The translations under genes and the position numbers were made by a program. This document shows positions 32,611 through 38,629 of a stretch of 38,629 nt of DNA, piece after piece (the first letter of the stretch is position 1; every line of letters begins with the position of its first letter). The DNA comes from Catajapyx aquilonaris (taxonomy: Eukaryota), in contig JYFJ02003787.1 of assembly GCA_000934665.2 (NCBI GenBank), forward strand, positions 1-38,629, given 5' to 3'. The notes below the pieces were generated by a model. It was not told the origin of the DNA. It saw nothing but the letters and a program-made list of their open reading frames with translations, and did not search any database.

Positions 32611-35600
32611 TGACGATCAGGATGCGGGGTAGCGGGAATCTAGGATTGTGTTTCAAGCATGGTTTCAAGGCAAAGATTTGGTTTCATAGACCGGGTCATG
32701 CTGACATGAATTGTTTCAGTTATGAAACTTTGATTTCAGTAGGCTACTTAAGTTCAGGTACCTGATTACATATGGTGTCAAAGCTTATTTGGGATTTTTT
32801 TTCGTAGCTTTTACCTACCAACTTCTAATCCTTACGTATTCCGGCGGGATTCAGATTAATTGGGCCCATTTAGGTAGGGATCATCAAGACTCTATAATAC
32901 ATATAAAATGATTAAATATGTTGTTATATACATTATCATATGTATTTGAAATTCATTTTAATAATTTGACACTTATCCAGAATATTTATTAATGCAACTT
33001 ACGCGCATTCGTCCTAATTAGGCATGTAGTATATAAGTTACAGTAAATTCTGTGTATAGTCTTCTCAGATATAGGTCATGATAAGAAAGGGAAGCTGACC
33101 TGCCTAAGAACTAAGAACTAGTGAGTTGTACATTTTTATGGTAAAATATACTTGAGAACAGTTGTTATCGACGATCTTTTTACCGCTGATCTTTGCCCAT
33201 TATTTTCATTTCCCAACAGTGTGAACTATTAGATAACGGCGAAGTTTAGTTTCCTGCCGATGCGATGAAAAGGTTGAAAGTTGAGTTTAATATGGTGAAA
33301 GTAAAGCACTAATTGGAATAAGCTGAAGAATAAGCACAACCCGCACAACCACTCCATGAGAATTTAGAATAATGATACAACCTTTATTTCGGTTTCAATA
33401 ATATACACTATACAGCATAGCCATAGGCCTACTTCAAATTGCTTCTCGTTCCCATATGTATACTGTACTATACTACTCACAAAAATACTTAACCATCACC
33501 TATGTGACAATCAGAAGTCAAATCTTCCAAGTTACCTTACAGCACGCATTCTGTGCCAACTTCCGGTTGGACAATGGCCAAAAGTTCCGGCGTTCCACAC
33601 TGACAACACCAGACATCTCCAGAATTCCAGGAAATGATAGATCGGATCATAGCCAGATCGATCAGAAAAGATCGGAAGTTAGTGTCGACATCCTACTCAT
33701 TGTAATAGTGTGTCACAAGTTACAGCACGTTAAAATAACTTTTTCTGTATTTGTGGCACCGCAAACCTACTACTACATAGTGGTTCATACTGTTCCATAA
33801 CTATAGTATAGAAAATGTAAGTACCGGTAGTGTATTTCTTTCGGAGTTTGTCAGATTAGAGATGCAATACCTATATACGAGTATTATCATTTGACGGTAG
33901 GCTATTATTTATTATGACTGTGCTACATACTGCTAACCACTTCAGGCCAGTACCATTAAAAAAAATAATAGGCAGCTGAGAAGACGTGCCAAATGGGTCA
34001 CTGCCAATAGTGCTTCAAACCATACAAAAATCGACAATAATATCGACCCCGCAAAATGCATCCAGCCCTTCAGTTCGCAAATAATTGATGCCCTCATTAT
34101 TGCACAACCATCTTGCGCAAGAACATTCGTACACCCCTTTACTCTAAAACACGCTACACAATCACGCTACTTAAAGCCAAATCGCTATCATCGTGCCAAC
34201 ACGAATAGAAACGTCGCCTACAACCGTATCATCCCACGTGATTTACAGTACTGTATTTCATTCAGTCTAAGAAATTTGGTATCCACCTGTGTCATATAGG
34301 TAGTCAACATGCCAATCTATCGTATGGGCTGAGAAAGTGGAGCCACCCAGGCGTCAGCCAGTGCGACGGTGAGGTGCATGTCGTCGTCGTTCCAATTGCG
34401 CCGACGCCATCGAACCTTTGGCGGGATGAATCACCCTCGCCCACACTACAAAACCCCGGTGCCGCACACCAGGCAATCCCCCCCCCCCCCCCCNCCCCCC
34501 CCCCCCCCCCGGGCCTCCCCTGATCTGGACAAAAATTCACATGGATCTTGCCTCCCATGAAGTCACAGCCCGATTCGCGGAAAATGGTGCGTCCTTCCCA
34601 GTGCCCTTCCACCATGCATCATCTCACCATCATGTTTATCAACATGATGAGACAACATGGAATTATTGGAATGATAACACTATTTATTGTTCGTAATCAA
34701 TAAAGTAAATGATATACATTTTTATTTTTAAAATTGAGTTGGAATTATCTTACATTAGATTTAGCTGTCTTGTGACATATTATCAATGACTACATGTCGA
34801 TCGTACCGATTGTAAAGCAATTTTCGGACATGTTAATAATCACTTTTTTGACTAGATTTTTATATTAAAGGTCCCACCTTCCGTGGTCTTCTGTCCCACC
34901 ACAACTTCTAATATAGCGTAGAATGAACGCAATTACGCCCTCGAGAAGGCAAAAGCCTCCCTCAAAACCCAGATATCGATTGTCGCCTATACAACTGCAA
35001 AAGTGTTCCGGTCCTCGTCTCTACAGACGTCATCAGGCCAACTCGTACGATTATCTCATCCCCTTCTTCTTCTTTTTCTTTCTCTCTACATCTAAATGTA
35101 AGTCGATCTAGAAAGGCGACAAAAAAAAAAAAGTATGCGGTGGGGGTGGAGACAAAATCTCTTCTGCAAAGGTCGCTAGACTGAAGATGCTGGATCCAGT
35201 TTGGGATTTCAAGCTGATGGCAACATGCCACAGAGTCACAAGAAACAGCCTGCCGCATTGCCAACTTTTGCATGCACCGCTAAATTTATTTCTGACTGTA
35301 TAACTTGTTCACACATATGGTTCCTGGTTTAGCCACCTTTTCGCTTGAAAACGTAGGTAATTATGGTCATAATCACTTCTATTAACAGCGCAGTCAGATT
35401 TTTAGGAGAGGCTAATTATTTTGCATATTTGGGTGCTTTTCAATGAATTTTTAGCCCATGGCATGTCGAAGAGTCTGCATTTGTGCAAAATGGTCATAGT
35501 CTTAAAATAAACTATTATTACGGTAGCGCTATACTCATTGCCCCATTTTTATTACTGTGAATAGAGACTGACGGAAAGGTGGGTGGCAGGGTGGGTGGGT

Positions 35601-37639
35601 GGGTGGAAGGCACTAGGTTATAGGGGCGTATAGGACAATAGCCTAAAATTCATCTAGTAGCATACAGTCAGTATTACATAACAGCATGTGCAATATTAAT
35701 CACATTATGTACCGTATTTATTCTTGGGATGTGATGCAGGTTATCATAGCAGCACGCGTAGATTGTCGGGAGATATGGCATCCTAGACCATTGAGGCCAG
35801 TATAGCAACTCTGGGAACCATCCACTGGCACCTAGCCCATTTCCTAAATTACACCTCGCTGCACTCTTTTGTATCAGTCATTGAGCTTTTCTCCTGCACC
35901 CAAAGCTTTCTTCCCCTTCATCCGCACCATGGATTGATTTTCAATAGGTGCTCATGGTAGTGCCTTAAAATACCATATTTGATGGCGTGCTAGATGGCTC
36001 GTTAGAAGTTGCTCGTTGCTAAGCTCGTGTGTTGGTTGCATGCAATCAGCAATTACCAAATAAAAAAGTATTTTCTGGGCAATCACGTCCAATGAGAATA
36101 AAACTATGGCGAATTAAAAACCAGGCAAAGTTCGTATAATATTATAAAATACATTGCAATTTTGCACGAAAAAGTAAGTAAATTTAAAGCTTCGAGCACA
36201 TTCCATATTGACACGACATTAACACGAAAATCCCCCCCGGATATTTCAATGACGGTATGTTAGCTCTCCATGTAGTACAGTACTGGTAGTGTACGTATAG
36301 AATCGCCCCATGCAGATCTTCACAGCGTTACTTTCAATTTAGTTTCATTGACAAGTAAAGTGTACAGTATATGCCTTAAATGATAGGAGCATTAGTCCTC
36401 TGAATTCCTATTGTAAGCAAGTGAGTTTTCTTAATCACATACGGCAGGTTTTTGATGACTTCGCTTATGGCATTGAGTTAACACGCCAGGTGGTTCTTTC
36501 GTCCGGATATAGTCAGAAAAAGGAGAGATAGAAGGGGGGGGGGGGGGTGGACGGGAATATTGCCAAAGTAGATCAGTACCCAGAATCTCAAGGCGTGATC
36601 TCCCACCCACAATATAGTCGCTTCCGCAGGGTGAATAAAAAAAAGGAGACAGATAGTTGTGACGTATTTTCCGTCATTTGGCAATCCAAGTTAGAATGTA
36701 ATTTTTAAACTTTTCAAGGGATTCTTTTTCTAGTTTTGACAAATATTTCTTATAGTACACTGGTACCAAGGAAATGACATTGCTTAGGCCTGTACTACTG
36801 TTGATGACATTATAGTATTTCTATTGTAGAAATATGCGATTTTTACAATGATTTATCAGAAAAAGTACCGTAGCTCATTCTGTGTATGCGGGATGCTCCC
36901 TTATCTATAGAATATATTATCATAATTATAATATATTGTTTCGAAAACCTGACTTACGCGGAATTTTTGTTTGGATACAGCGGATGATTTTCAATGTAAT
37001 GTAGGCCTACTACGTAGGGCTATCTCTGTTCAGTGTTGCATATAGTGGGAACACGCTTTCTGCGGGAAATTTTCGCGTCATAACAGAGCAATTTATTCCC
37101 GTATAATTATGCAGGTTCGACTGTAGTAAGTTTACAATAGGCTTCATATCGTCGGCATTAAGGAGAAAGGGCGAATAGACCATTTTAGATGCAACAGAGC
37201 TAATAATAGGTTTAAAATCGACTTCACAAATCACAGTATCAGCACAGTATGATCTTTAAATATATTTTAGGATTGCATTGGAGTGATGCATTGATTTTTT
37301 TTGCAATCACTATTAAAGAATATTTATATAAGTGTAATAAATTAACAAATTAATTAGCAATTTAAGAAAAAGGGCGAATATCCATAAATAATATGGATAT
37401 AAATACTGTATGGATATTCGCCCTTTTATGGTTGCCGTCTATCCCGATGAAAATTATATTTTTATCGTTTTTGTATACCCTACTTTAAGCACGTGTGATA
37501 GCACTAATTTATACCGATTTTAGGGGGAGGAATTCATTTCTGATATTGTTCTCACCATTCGGCGCCATCTTTACCTCGAAGGTCATGGTCGAGGTCATTT
37601 TGTGCGAGGCCAAGTATTAGCTCCGCCAATTCACTGGAG

Positions 37640-38085
37640 TTTGGTTGCAGTTTGTCGCCGTAATGAAGAATGCACTAGTATATGACAGAGAAGGAAACTG
37701 GATTCTACTTGCAGCCACTGTCGAAGATTCTATGCCAATCTTTGCAGAATGTAACTGCATCAAGTATAGTCTACCTAAGTTACGACGCGTAGTCTCTTGA
37801 ATAAATCAGAGCTGGCGTCCATATATCCTGAGCTCTACATGAGCGGCGCGGCGCTTCTCTGTGGGCCACTTGGTTGTTCAGGAAAGTCCAGGATGGTTCT
37901 GCACTGTTGGAGGTGGTATGAATGTCGAGCAGACCATCCGGAGATTGTCGAAAGGTCCTGGAGGTCACTATGTGGTGAGAGCCACAAGCAATGCCATCAG
38001 TGCTCTGGCAGCGTTCGAGCTCTTGTTCCACGAGATCGGTTCCATAACAAGTCTCCTCAACTTTGTCACCTGTATAACCACCCAT
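37640..38085 (+). pseudogene. Frameshifted remnant of a DNA-transposon protein (Academ-like, tentative)
   Basis: WLQFVAVMKNALVYDREGNWILL...MPIFAE / YPELY / FSVGHLVV...WFCTVGGGMNVEQTIRRLSKGPGG resembles the REGNW..H...IEQT..R..K..GG motif set. Flanked by repeated GGGCGAAT/ATTCGCCC motifs (37149, 37372, 37416, 38575). Confidence 0.5.
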
Positions 38086-38629
38086 CATCAGTCATTCATT
38101 AAATGCATTCTGTCACCCTCCTGTTGGCTGTGGCCAGTCTCCAGAAATAATGAAGGACATCATTCTTAGCAATGGGGAAGAGTATGAATAACAGCACAGA
38201 GGCACATTGCAGCAATGAATTGATTTCTGCATTGGCCACGACAAGCAACTGATACAAACACATAATGTGATGTCTTTATCTTCACTTTCCTTCATGTAGT
38301 TGAACAGGCAAGTTCGAATTTCAATTGACTCTCGTCTCTTTCCCCTGAGTCTTGTTCCACATGTTACATAGACACTACTGGGTAATCCATTATGTGTGAT
38401 AACATTGTACTTGCCCTGATCTGAAAATATTGGGACACCCCCAAAAAATGGAGTGGTGGGGTTATACACAGGATGTGATAAAAAGTTTCCATTAAGATTA
38501 TCTGGACTTTAGAATGGATAATTATGAATAGTAACAATGGGGAACTAGCCTTCATTTTGGAAACTACATAATAAATTCGCCCATATTTTTTGGATTTTTT
38601 TGGCATATTCCGTTTTAAGATATCAGTTC

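Noticed and set aside
34345..34522. hAT-type MITE around the poly-C tract with N
   Set aside because: The right end GGGCCTCCCCTG looks hAT-like, but I found no matching left TIR or TSD, and the tract contains an assembly N.

Overview
This is eukaryotic, most likely insect or other arthropod, genomic DNA. The main feature is a complete, spliced dorsal (Rel/NF-kB) gene on the minus strand (~32460 to ~12500). I reconstructed 10 coding exons with GT-AG boundaries and consistent phases. The gene gives two C-terminal isoforms: Dorsal-A (~599 aa; NLS KRKRQK, SUMO motif IKLE, P/Q/S-rich tail, stop at 13885) and Dorsal-B (~750 aa; read-through of the donor at 20052, stop at 18851). A candidate promoter and non-coding first exon lie at 32233-32560. 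A probable terminal exon of a convergent plus-strand gene lies at 2867-3270. The rest is densely packed with transposon relics: Tc1 DD34E, mariner, rosa/maT-like, hAT, Helitron, piggyBac-like and other MITEs, a tRNA-derived SINE family with 14-bp TSDs, and an Academ-like remnant. Many are nested or form fold-backs. I see no clear wholly new biological system. The most unusual observations are three related MITEs inserted at the mirror-equivalent TA in both arms of one fold-back element, an intronic palindromic kB site next to an E-box inside dorsal itself, and features of the Dorsal-B tail.
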